IMG/VR virus record: IMGVR_UViG_2600255157_000003
Origin: an uncultured virus (IMG/VR IMGVR_UViG_2600255157_000003)
Taxonomy: Duplodnaviria > Heunggongvirae > Uroviricota > Caudoviricetes
DNA length: 57,517 nucleotides
Reading direction: 5' to 3' (one strand)
Under the pieces are notes generated by a model that saw only the letters and a list, made by a program, of their open reading frames with translations, made no database searches and was not told the origin of the DNA. Each line of letters starts with the position of its first letter. The first letter of the stretch is position 1. The position numbers and the translations under genes are program-made. Shown piece after piece: positions 38,463 to 47,720 of the stretch.

Positions 38463-38988
38463 TAAGACTATGATACACTTATTTCAAGTGTATGTCTATT
38501 GACTATATTACTAAATTATACACTTATTTTTTGTGTATAATGCACACTTGTTTTAAGTGTATATTATTTTATACCAATCTTATAACACCACACTTGAAAT
38601 AAGTGCATAAATGTGATATGCTAAAGAAAAAAGGAGATTGAAAAAATGTTAAAATATAGAATTGATATATTAGAAGCTCTAAAAGAAAAAGGTTATACTT
38701 CTTATAAGATAAGAAAAGACAAATTAATTGGTGAAGCTCAACTAACCAAAATAAGAAATGGTGAAATAGCAAGTAAAGAAATACTTAATACGATATGTAA
38801 ATTATTAAGCTGCCAGCCTGGCGATATATTAGAATATATAGAAAGCGATACTGAATAATCTCAATAAGTAAAATATTATATAATTTCCTATACACTTGTT
38901 TAAAGTGTGCATTATGCACTAAAAACAAGTGTATTTTTTATACCTTTTACCTATATACATACACCTATTTTAAGTGTATAATAGTCTT
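38463..38988. promoter_or_regulatory. Divergent switch: seven TACACTT-N5-AAGTGTA operators and two outward promoters
   Basis: Operators at 38474, 38519, 38543, 38589, 38891, 38915, 38960; promoters TAGACA-17-TATCAT (-) and TATACA-17-TATAAT (+). Confidence 0.85.
38646..38858 (+). CDS. Cro/CI-type (HTH_26-like) repressor
   Basis: LNTICKLLSCQPGDILEY; flanked by operators. Confidence 0.88.
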   Translation: MLKYRIDILEALKEKGYTSYKIRKDKLIGEAQLTKIRNGEIASKEILNTICKLLSCQPGDILEYIESDTE

Positions 38989-39119
38989 ATCAACAAACAA
39001 CAAAGCACCTTGATAATTGAATAAAGGCTTTACACTCTTCTACAAAACCGCTATAATAAGTATATATCAATTAACAATCACATCAATCAAAAGGCGGTGA
39101 CGATATGGAGGTATTGGAA

Positions 39120-39287
39120 ATGTCAGATAAAGAACTAATCACAACAACTATTGATAGATATACCGACTTGCAACAGATTAAAAAGGCAAATGGCGGTCAC
39201 GAAAATGAAATGCTCGATTACCTCATTAAAGTGACTACTGCAAAGTTATCCTCTTTAGGCGTTAATGTTGAGGATATAACGCTTTAA
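39120..39287 (+). CDS. Small helical protein
   Basis: GGAGGT RBS; own promoter TTTACA-17-TATAAT (39029-39057). Confidence 0.7.
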   Translation: MSDKELITTTIDRYTDLQQIKKANGGHENEMLDYLIKVTTAKLSSLGVNVEDITL

Positions 39288-39313
39288 CAACTAAATAGCA
39301 ACTCATAACTTAG

Positions 39314-39360
39314 AAAAGTGTAAAGTCTTTATTGAATTATCAAGGACTTTACACTTTTTT
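39314..39360 (+). terminator. Intrinsic terminator
   Basis: AAAAGTGTAAAGTCTT...AGGACTTTACACTTTTTT. Confidence 0.75.
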
Positions 39361-39687
39361 ATTTTAGGAGGTCAACGACAATGATCAAAACAGTTACATA
39401 CTTTGAATATCAAGCATTAAAGGCAATCGGTAAGAAGATCACAGTGTTAAGAGCTAACGACAATACAGCAACTATTGTTATAGGTAAGTAGACAAAAAGC
39501 AATCACAAACATTCATCAATCAACAAACAATAATAACCATTAATCAATCACATTCAACCCAACAATCAGTTCTCTAAGCAAAGTAGTACCACGTCGGCAG
39601 TTGAATCAATTAGTTGGCAGTGCTGGAAAAGTAGCAAGAAACTGTTTAACAGGCTGGAGCAAGTTTAAGAATAGGAGGTCATGAGAT

Positions 39688-40206
39688 ATGAAGTATTTTA
39701 ACAATGTAAGCACACTTGAGGAGCTGAGACGACAGTACAAAGAGCTGCTCAAAAAGTATCACCCTGATAACCCACAAGGCAGTACAACCGCAACACAAGA
39801 AATCAATGCTGAATACGATAGACTGTTTAAGGTACTGAAAGATAAGCATGAAAACAAATCAGATAAGACGGCAGATAATACAGCTCATAAGCAGACAAGT
39901 TACAATGCTAACATGTACGACTGGGAAAATGATAGATCATTGCGTGAGGTGTTACAGAAGATTATCAACTTTGATGGAATTGAAATTGAGTTAGTCGGCG
40001 CATGGTTATGGGTGTCTGGTAATACATACAAATACAAGAAAGAACTGAAAGAAATCGGATTTAAGTGGGCATCACAGAAAAAGATGTGGTACTGGAAATC
40101 AGAAGCATATCAAAAGAAAAGTCGCAAGTCATTGAGCATGGACGATATCAGAAACTATTACGGCAGTACAAAGGTATATACAGATACAAGGGTATTATTA
40201 GCGTGA
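39688..40206 (+). CDS. J-domain (DnaJ-like) phage protein
   Basis: ELRRQYKELLKKYHPD...QEINAEY; C-terminal GAWLWVSGNT..GFKW..KKMWYW. Confidence 0.88.
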   Translation: MKYFNNVSTLEELRRQYKELLKKYHPDNPQGSTTATQEINAEYDRLFKVLKDKHENKSDKTADNTAHKQTSYNANMYDWENDRSLREVLQKIINFDGIEIELVGAWLWVSGNTYKYKKELKEIGFKWASQKKMWYWKSEAYQKKSRKSLSMDDIRNYYGSTKVYTDTRVLLA

Positions 40207-40312
40207 TTCAATTCGATTCAGTATGAACACAAGCACAATGTATCAGCGTAAAAAATAAGGGTGTAACCATACGGAACGGCTACACACTAACATAAAGAAA
40301 GGAACTATAATT

Positions 40313-40594
40313 ATGTTAATTTTAAAATATGAACGTTTAGACTTTTTCAATCACCGGATTTATACAGAGGATAAGAAAGAGAACTACACAAGAGACAATT
40401 TGAAAAAGGTATTTGCATATTTCAGTAAGACACATGATGCAAGTATTCAGATTGATAACGTGGTTGTTTATTGGGACTGCTTATCGGAATATGAAAACAG
40501 AATTGTTACTGTGAGAAATTATGATGGGATGAACTATAATGAATCAAAGAAAAGCTTTGATAAGGTGAAAAAGGAATGTTATGCGATGGCATGA
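40313..40594 (+). CDS. Hypothetical protein
   Basis: 93 aa with AAAGGA RBS; terminator at about 40620-40651. Confidence 0.65.
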   Translation: MLILKYERLDFFNHRIYTEDKKENYTRDNLKKVFAYFSKTHDASIQIDNVVVYWDCLSEYENRIVTVRNYDGMNYNESKKSFDKVKKECYAMA

Positions 40595-41028
40595 CGATTA
40601 TTTAACAGAACAAATGATTAAGGCTATGAGTTTGACGCTCGTAGCCTTTTTTGTTTTGTGATCTGAATGATGGTATATGATGGCAGTGCATGTGTATTCA
40701 GCTTGTATACTTGCGTCTGGTTGCTTTGTTACATTATTAATTAAGGCTTAATTAGGAATTTGAAGTGTGTTTATGTGGAGAATATCGTTTGAGTGTGTAT
40801 AATCGCTCTACGTGGCTTGTAGTGCGTTGTAGAGGTATTCTAAGTTTTCAGATATAATAATGCACAGAATTATATTTTGATATCATTTGCGCATATAGTA
40901 TTTAATACTATATATTGCAGTGTTGCATGTTGTATTATATAGTTTTATTAACAATATATTGCGCGCTAATATTAGTTTATTATAGTTATGTATATATTGT
41001 AATATAGTTTTAGTTATGCACTTCGTTT

Positions 41029-41212
41029 TGTGGATAAGTGGATAATTTACAGTAGATAGAACTATATTGTGGATAACTTATTTGATGTATATGTATATAA
41101 TTTTATGTGATATTATGTATAATTTGCTTGATTTATACAGTAATTATGGATAATTTATGCATATTATTGTATATTAATGTTAGATATATTATGTGGATAA
41201 ATATGTGGATAA
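41029..41212. promoter_or_regulatory. DnaA-box cluster in a long AT-rich non-coding region
   Basis: Perfect TGTGGATAA at 41029, 41068, 41192 and 41204, plus near matches, all in one orientation. Confidence 0.75.
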
Positions 41213-42151
41213 GTTGGTATATATTGTGTATATTTTTTTAAATTTGCAAATGATTTGCATTTTTAGTTTTATTTACCGAACTTGTAAAATAATATTACTT
41301 TACAAATATATTACTGGTCTCATTTAGCAGAAAATCATCAATCAAAATTACTCAGCAGAATATATGTATGCATATCAATCTAAGTTGCAAATATATACAA
41401 AAAACAAGTTAATACCTATTAACTGTATAAAGGGGGTATGTTTACATATTAAAACAACTTATTTATTCTCAGAATCGCCCTATCTAATCCACTCACACAA
41501 CGACCTAAATTTACAAAATATAGCCCTTTATAATTGTGTCTATTTTACAAACAATTTCCAAAAATTATTCGGTAATCTGTTCGGTATCAAGCTCTAAAAT
41601 CCTTTAAAATCAATGCTTTGTAAATTTTGTGACAATTTAATTCGAGTTCAAAATCCAATAAATTGCATCTAAAATGCATTAAATCCTTGCAAAATCAACA
41701 TTTACTCGAACTCACCTCAAATTTTATTTTTTTCAGAATTCCATGTTTGAAATTCGTACAAAAATCATACTATTAAATCTCTAAAAACCTAATAAAATCA
41801 ATGATTTTTCAAATTATGTAGCTTCTAAAACTTCTCTCCCACCGAACACATCTAATAAATTACTTTTAATTTGACATATAAATCCACTCCTAATTGCTAA
41901 ACTAGATCTGGTTGAACCAATAATATATTAAAATTCGTATTCTTATAAGGCAGTTTACACTCTCTGTCTTATTTTTATGTTTAAAATCATTTCTATTGTT
42001 AAATCTTTTATAAAATTTACCCTTAAAAAATAGATTAACCTATATCTTTCTACAATATGATCCTATAATTATGAAAAATTTATCAAAATAAAAATAGAAA
42101 TACTATTTAGAAACTTATAACACACAAATTAATAACTAAAGGAGTTTTTTT

Positions 42152-43018
42152 ATGACAAATAACTCAGCTTTACAAGTAACTAATTTTAATTTTTACGGAG
42201 ATGAACTGATTGCATTGAAAGATAATGCAACTGGTGAAATCTATGCTTCTATCACACATGTTTTTAGAGGGATTGGGTTCACAGAAAAACAGATTGAACA
42301 CCAAAAAAAGAAAATAATGAATGATGAGATACTGAAAAATCACACCCAAAAATTTTCGGGAGTGGATTTGAATATGCCAAGCGTAAATGAAATATCCTGT
42401 ATTTCTAATCGTAAACTGCCTTTAGCATTAGCTAAAATAACCATTACACCCAAAATGAAACAAACACAACCTGAACTAAGCCAAAAATTATTAAGGTATC
42501 AGGATAAATGTGCAGATGTATTAGCTTCAGTATTTATAGATCACAAAACAACAGATCAGATTAACATACAGCCAATATTAGATACGCTAAACTCCCTCAC
42601 TAAAGCAACAAATGATACTCTCCTATCTTTAAATGAAAGAATGTCCAAAATAGAAGAAAAACAATTACAGACTGAAAAATCATTGCCATCAAAAAGATTT
42701 TCATACTGGACATCTAAAATGTTTCCAAAGTATCAATTATTAATGGATTATTTTGAGATACCAACTGGTAAAAATGGAATCTTATATAAAGAACTATATA
42801 AAGAATTTCATAATACATACCCAGATATAGAAATAAATCAGATTGTAGATGATTACTGTTATGATAACGGACTTGATAGCTGTTTCACATTAGACGCCAT
42901 AGAACATGACAAAATAATCAGAAAATTATTTGAATCTATGGTTGATGGATTATTAGAAAAATATGAATTACTTTCGGAAAATATAACTGTGAGGGAGAAA
43001 ACGATTTTTGATGATTGA
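42152..43018 (+). CDS. Phage antirepressor N-terminal (P22 AR-N-like) domain protein
   Basis: FYGDELIA...LPLALAKI...L.RYQ..CADVL. Confidence 0.75.
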   Translation: MTNNSALQVTNFNFYGDELIALKDNATGEIYASITHVFRGIGFTEKQIEHQKKKIMNDEILKNHTQKFSGVDLNMPSVNEISCISNRKLPLALAKITITPKMKQTQPELSQKLLRYQDKCADVLASVFIDHKTTDQINIQPILDTLNSLTKATNDTLLSLNERMSKIEEKQLQTEKSLPSKRFSYWTSKMFPKYQLLMDYFEIPTGKNGILYKELYKEFHNTYPDIEINQIVDDYCYDNGLDSCFTLDAIEHDKIIRKLFESMVDGLLEKYELLSENITVREKTIFDD

Positions 43019-43329
43019 ATTATAGCTGAGATAATTTTTTAAAAACAGTAAAAGTTAAATAACATTTGGAGAAGTAGATTATATACACCATCACCATTAC
43101 AACATTAACCATCAACAATCAAAAAGTTTTTAAGAGAGTAATGAATTATGAGTGTATACGAATAATTCATTACGATAGTAGTCTTTATTTATTATTACAG
43201 TCTTTTATTATAAAAAGACGGCTGATTCTGCACACTGTAGTGTGATATACTTTGCCATTTTTTCTTCAAGTATATCACACTGTGATGTGATATACCTTAA
43301 AAACCGAATTAGAAGAAAGGAATAAAATT

Positions 43330-44181
43330 ATGAGAATTACAAACAAGAACAACACAAAACCAAGAAAAGAAAAAGTATATAAAAGTGAGTCATTCAAAGA
43401 CGGAAAATTTACTGAAGAAGAATTAAAACAATATGGATTATCAGATGAAGAAATCTCTACAATCATTGAATATCAGACACTTTTACCCATTTTACAGTCT
43501 GATGAAAATGATTCAAAAGTCAACGCAAGAGACTTACATAAGCAATTAAATTCTGGCCGTCAATTTACAGATTGGATTGAAAACCGTATTGAATCTTATC
43601 AGCTTATAAAGGATGCGGATTATTTTACGATTTCACGAAAGTATGAAACCGTGAAAAATAGCGGTTTACAGCCCAAAGAGACACTGGACTACTCTCTCAC
43701 TCTTGATTGTGCAAAACAGTTAGCAATGGTTGAGCGTACAAGTATTGGAGCTTTGGTCAGAAGATATTTCATCATTATAGAGAAAGCATTTAAAAACCGC
43801 ACAAGTTGGAATAAGAATCGCAAAAACACCCTTATTAACTGTAAAGAATTGCGCAGTGCTTTAATTGTAAAAAGTGACGAATTACTTAATGGCGTTCCTG
43901 AGTGGATTACCAATGGCAACTTATATTCCATTGAGTTTTCATTACTAAACACCGTTATACTTGGAATGTCAGCTACCCAGTATCGTAAGGAACATAATAT
44001 ATCTTCTAATGACCAAATACGGAACTATTTTTCTGAGGATCAGTTGGATGATGTAGAAAGGTTAGAAAGATACGATGCACAATTAATCATTTCTCAGGAA
44101 ATTTACTCCTATGAAGATAGAAAACATATTTTGCAAACAGAGTACAATCGTGTAAAAAACAGAAAAACTAAGTGGGTATAA
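43330..44181 (+). CDS. AntA/AntB antirepressor-family protein
   Basis: VNARDLHKQL...QFTDWIENRI...LTLDCAKQLAMVE. Confidence 0.85.
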   Translation: MRITNKNNTKPRKEKVYKSESFKDGKFTEEELKQYGLSDEEISTIIEYQTLLPILQSDENDSKVNARDLHKQLNSGRQFTDWIENRIESYQLIKDADYFTISRKYETVKNSGLQPKETLDYSLTLDCAKQLAMVERTSIGALVRRYFIIIEKAFKNRTSWNKNRKNTLINCKELRSALIVKSDELLNGVPEWITNGNLYSIEFSLLNTVILGMSATQYRKEHNISSNDQIRNYFSEDQLDDVERLERYDAQLIISQEIYSYEDRKHILQTEYNRVKNRKTKWV

Positions 44182-44199
44182 GAAGGGAGATGCTTTTAC

Positions 44200-45054
44200 A
44201 TAGAAAATAATAAATCACCAACGGAAGAATTAGAGCTTCCAACTACTATAAATCGTTTTGTAAAGATTCCAAAAGAAGTAATTTTGGCAAATACTTTACC
44301 AGAGCATAGAATTTCAGCTTTACTCTATTTTAATTATAACCAAACCTGGGAAAATACCGTACACTACTCTCCTATTTATATGATCCAATGGTGTAAGTAT
44401 AAAGCAAATTGGCATAGGGGTACTGAAAAGAATATTTTCACAAAATTCAGGGATTGTATGGATTGGTATTTTGATAATGGTTACATTATTGATTTCGATA
44501 AAGAGAAGTATATACAGAATACATTTCAATCATCTTTATTAAATTGTGAAAAAATCAACCCTGGAAACAATTTTGGTATTTTATATGACTTTGAAATAGA
44601 AACAATAAACAAATATCGGTCGCCATACAAACCACTTAACAAAAGCATACTTTTTCTTCTCTTATCGTATATAAAAGCATTTACATGGATTAGAACAAAT
44701 GAGTTGTCTGGACATTCAGAAAAGTCAAAAAAGAATAAACCAGAAATATTTTATTCACAGTTTCAAACTATAGCTACTTTTATAGGTAGCGACAGAAAAA
44801 TGATTGCAAGAGCGACGAAAGTTTTAGAAGAGCTTGGATTAATTAAGACTCACAGAATGCCACGATATAAAGACTCAAACGATAAATGGCACACTGATGA
44901 TATTATATATATTTGTCCATATAGATTTATTTGGAGAAATAACCAAGTAGTTCAATGTACAAAAGAAGAATATAACTATAAGAAAGAATTAGAATATGGA
45001 ATTTTATTTTTACGTGAACAAAAATATGTGAGTAAAAAGTTTTACCAGAATTAA
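44200..45054 (+). CDS. Putative replication initiator / winged-helix protein
   Basis: FVKIPKE near N-terminus; IATFIG.DRKMIARA..VLEELGLI HTH; frame is open upstream of the track start, ATA start at 44200 is inferred. Confidence 0.5.
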   Translation: MENNKSPTEELELPTTINRFVKIPKEVILANTLPEHRISALLYFNYNQTWENTVHYSPIYMIQWCKYKANWHRGTEKNIFTKFRDCMDWYFDNGYIIDFDKEKYIQNTFQSSLLNCEKINPGNNFGILYDFEIETINKYRSPYKPLNKSILFLLLSYIKAFTWIRTNELSGHSEKSKKNKPEIFYSQFQTIATFIGSDRKMIARATKVLEELGLIKTHRMPRYKDSNDKWHTDDIIYICPYRFIWRNNQVVQCTKEEYNYKKELEYGILFLREQKYVSKKFYQN

Positions 45055-45176
45055 AGAAAAAGTAGAAATATATTACCACCACCACAATTCTCATATAAGA
45101 AGCTTTAAACTATGATAATTATATCAACTACAATCTAAAAATTTAATATTAGAAAAGGAGACAAAACTACAAACAT

Positions 45177-45395
45177 ATGACAATGCCAGAAACATATTAC
45201 AGAACAGGAAATTGTAAAGTAGACCATTCAACATTCGGAGGTGTGATTCTTCCATCAGACTATGACACAGGACATTCAAGATCGAGAAATATAGCTACAA
45301 GAATTATAGCAGCATGGAATTTTGATACTCAGTGTAGAAACTATAAAGGAAATAATTACAAATTGCCAAAAGGAAGGAATAAGAAAAATGATTAA
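45177..45395 (+). CDS. Hypothetical protein
   Basis: 72 aa with AAAGGAG RBS. Confidence 0.55.
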   Translation: MTMPETYYRTGNCKVDHSTFGGVILPSDYDTGHSRSRNIATRIIAAWNFDTQCRNYKGNNYKLPKGRNKKND

Positions 45396-45873
45396 GTGCA
45401 GAGATAAGAGGACTACATTAACAGTTGATTTACCAGAAGAATGTGGCTATGCTGGCTATTCTGTAGACTGCAGCTATTCTTTTGATAAAGAGCAGAAACA
45501 ATATTTATTATCTATGGAATTATTCAGAAATGATATTGGTGACAAGCAGTGTATTGACGGTCAGTATATTAACGGTGATGAATCCATTATTGAATCTAAT
45601 ATTCGTCATATTGTTGAATATGCGTCAATGAGTGGATATTTTGATAAATATATCAAGAAGTATGAATATACATATAAATGTTTTGATAAAGGTAATGAAT
45701 TTTTCGAAGGAGAATCTTTAAAGCAATTATGTCTTGTTAGAGAATGCAACGTTATCAGAAAGGCTTTTTATTGTAGTCATTGCGGTTCATATATTGAAGA
45801 AAATCAGACTTACTGTCCACATTGTAATGCTAAATTAGATTGGGATTCTATTGAAAAGGAACCAACGTCATGA
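45388..45873 (+). CDS. Hypothetical protein with C-terminal Zn ribbon
   Basis: CSHC...YCPHC; start at MIKCRD. Confidence 0.65.
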   Translation: MIKCRDKRTTLTVDLPEECGYAGYSVDCSYSFDKEQKQYLLSMELFRNDIGDKQCIDGQYINGDESIIESNIRHIVEYASMSGYFDKYIKKYEYTYKCFDKGNEFFEGESLKQLCLVRECNVIRKAFYCSHCGSYIEENQTYCPHCNAKLDWDSIEKEPTS

Positions 45874-46301
45874 TTTATAACACAGATTACAAATATTTCG
45901 ATAAGGCAAGACAAGCTGCACTGATATCCGATTTTCATAAAACACACATAGGCTGTGTTGCTGTTTATCAAGGAAATGTAATTGGTATTGGATGCAATTG
46001 TAATAAAACGCATCCAATGCAGAAAAAATATAATAAGTATCGCACAAAGTCTGACGGATTGCTACCCAAATTGCACGCCGAGATTAATTGTATTAATTCG
46101 ATCAAACATCTGGATATTAACTTTTCAAAGGTTAAACTGTACATATATCGGATCAGGAAGGATCAGCCCTATGGACTAGCACGCCCATGTCCTTCCTGCA
46201 TGGCTGCTATAAGGGATTTAGGAATCCGGGATATTTATTATACAACAAATGACGGATATGTTTACGAAAGATTAGAGAAGTATAAAGGAGGTGTTGCATA
46301 A
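45870..46301 (+). CDS. Zn-dependent nucleoside/nucleotide deaminase
   Basis: LHAEINC...ARPCPSC motif. Confidence 0.85.
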   Translation: MIYNTDYKYFDKARQAALISDFHKTHIGCVAVYQGNVIGIGCNCNKTHPMQKKYNKYRTKSDGLLPKLHAEINCINSIKHLDINFSKVKLYIYRIRKDQPYGLARPCPSCMAAIRDLGIRDIYYTTNDGYVYERLEKYKGGVA

Positions 46302-46526
46302 TTGTGCGAGATATGTATACATACACCTTGTTTGGTGTCTTGTCCAAATTTCATACCACCAAGAACTTCACACTATTGCTCTTCCTGTGGAGAAGGGATT
46401 TATGCTGGAGACGAATATATTGAAAACCAAAATGGCGAGTATAGACATTATGAATGTTTTCATGGTATGAGAGACTTACTGGAATGGCTTGGTTATAGGA
46501 TTAGAACTATGCAAAATATAACATGA
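46302..46526 (+). CDS. Small Cys-rich protein
   Basis: CEIC..PC..CP..CSSC..H..C; AAAGGAGGTG RBS. Confidence 0.65.
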   Translation: MCEICIHTPCLVSCPNFIPPRTSHYCSSCGEGIYAGDEYIENQNGEYRHYECFHGMRDLLEWLGYRIRTMQNIT

Positions 46527-46541
46527 AAATGAAAGGAAAGA

Positions 46542-47368
46542 ATGATGAACGAAAACAATAATAATTTGAGAAAAAATAGTTTTAAAGAAGAAGAATTGAA
46601 GCAATATGTCAAAAATGGAGATTTAAAGGAATCTGATATTAAAATCATATTAGATTACCAAAAACTGCTTCCTGTGTTACAGCAAGAGGACGGATCTTGG
46701 ATTGATGCAAGGACATTACATAAGGAATTGAAAGTTGAAAAGATTTTACAACTTGGATTAAAGGCAAAATAAGTAAATATGAGTTTATTGAGAATGAAGA
46801 CTGGAAATTAACGTTCACCAAAACGGGGGAACGTAAAAATGTAAAAGTAAATAATTACTCTCTCACTCTTGATATGGCAAAAGAATTGTCCATGGTGGAG
46901 AATAATAAAATTGGACGTATTTCTCGCAAATACTTTATTGCTATTGATAAAGCATTTAAAACAAGACGCTTGTGGAACATTGATAGATGGGAAACATTAG
47001 AACATTACAAAAATTATCGCAGGATTATTAACCTATCCAAAAAGGAACTGATGCCTACAATGCCAGACTGGTGTAAAAAGCGTGGCGATCAGGGAGTATT
47101 CATGGGAGAAGCTAACCTGCTTAATGAAATCATTATTGGCATGAGTGCATCAGACTATCGTTTTAAACACTGTCTACCTAAAGATGAACCTGTGAGAAAC
47201 CATTTCAATAACTTTGAACTCCAGATGGTCGCTGAGTTGGAAAAGTTTGATACAGATTTGATCCGTCTTCAGGAAATGTATGATTATGAAGAAAGACGAA
47301 AGCTGCTTGCAAAAAAATATCAGTCATTGCTCGATAATAATAATTTCGAGGATAATGACTTAGAATAG
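46542..47368 (+). pseudogene. AntA-family protein split by a -1 frameshift at about 46740
   Basis: IDARTLHKEL continues in another frame as DFTTWIK...LTLDMAKEL; paralog of 43330-44181. Confidence 0.75.
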
Positions 47369-47720
47369 AAATTTCATTGGAGTAATATAAAATGAATCTT
47401 TGCACATTTTGTAAAAAGGATGGAAATATAAAGAAAAATTATATTCCTATTTGTGAATATCTTATTCAAACAAAAATAAAAAAAACATAAATTAACACGC
47501 TTTAGGTCTGATGATATTGTTAAGGAATATTGTTGTTATACAACTCCTTATAAACGGTTCACAATAACAAAGGAAAAAGAAAATTTTCTCATTAAAATAA
47601 GAGAAATTTGCAATTATTTTAATGTAACAATACAAACTGAGTGGATATATCCAGACGTAAGTATTGAATTTAAAAAACAGAATGTCCAAAATATGATAGA
47701 CACAATCAAAAGAATGTTAG

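Noticed and set aside
38474..38978. Palindromic repeats as a CRISPR array
   Set aside because: Irregular spacing, degenerate 19-bp palindromes overlapping promoters, no cas genes; they fit operators
41364..41597. 77-aa ORF in the origin-like region
   Set aside because: No RBS or motifs; likely chance
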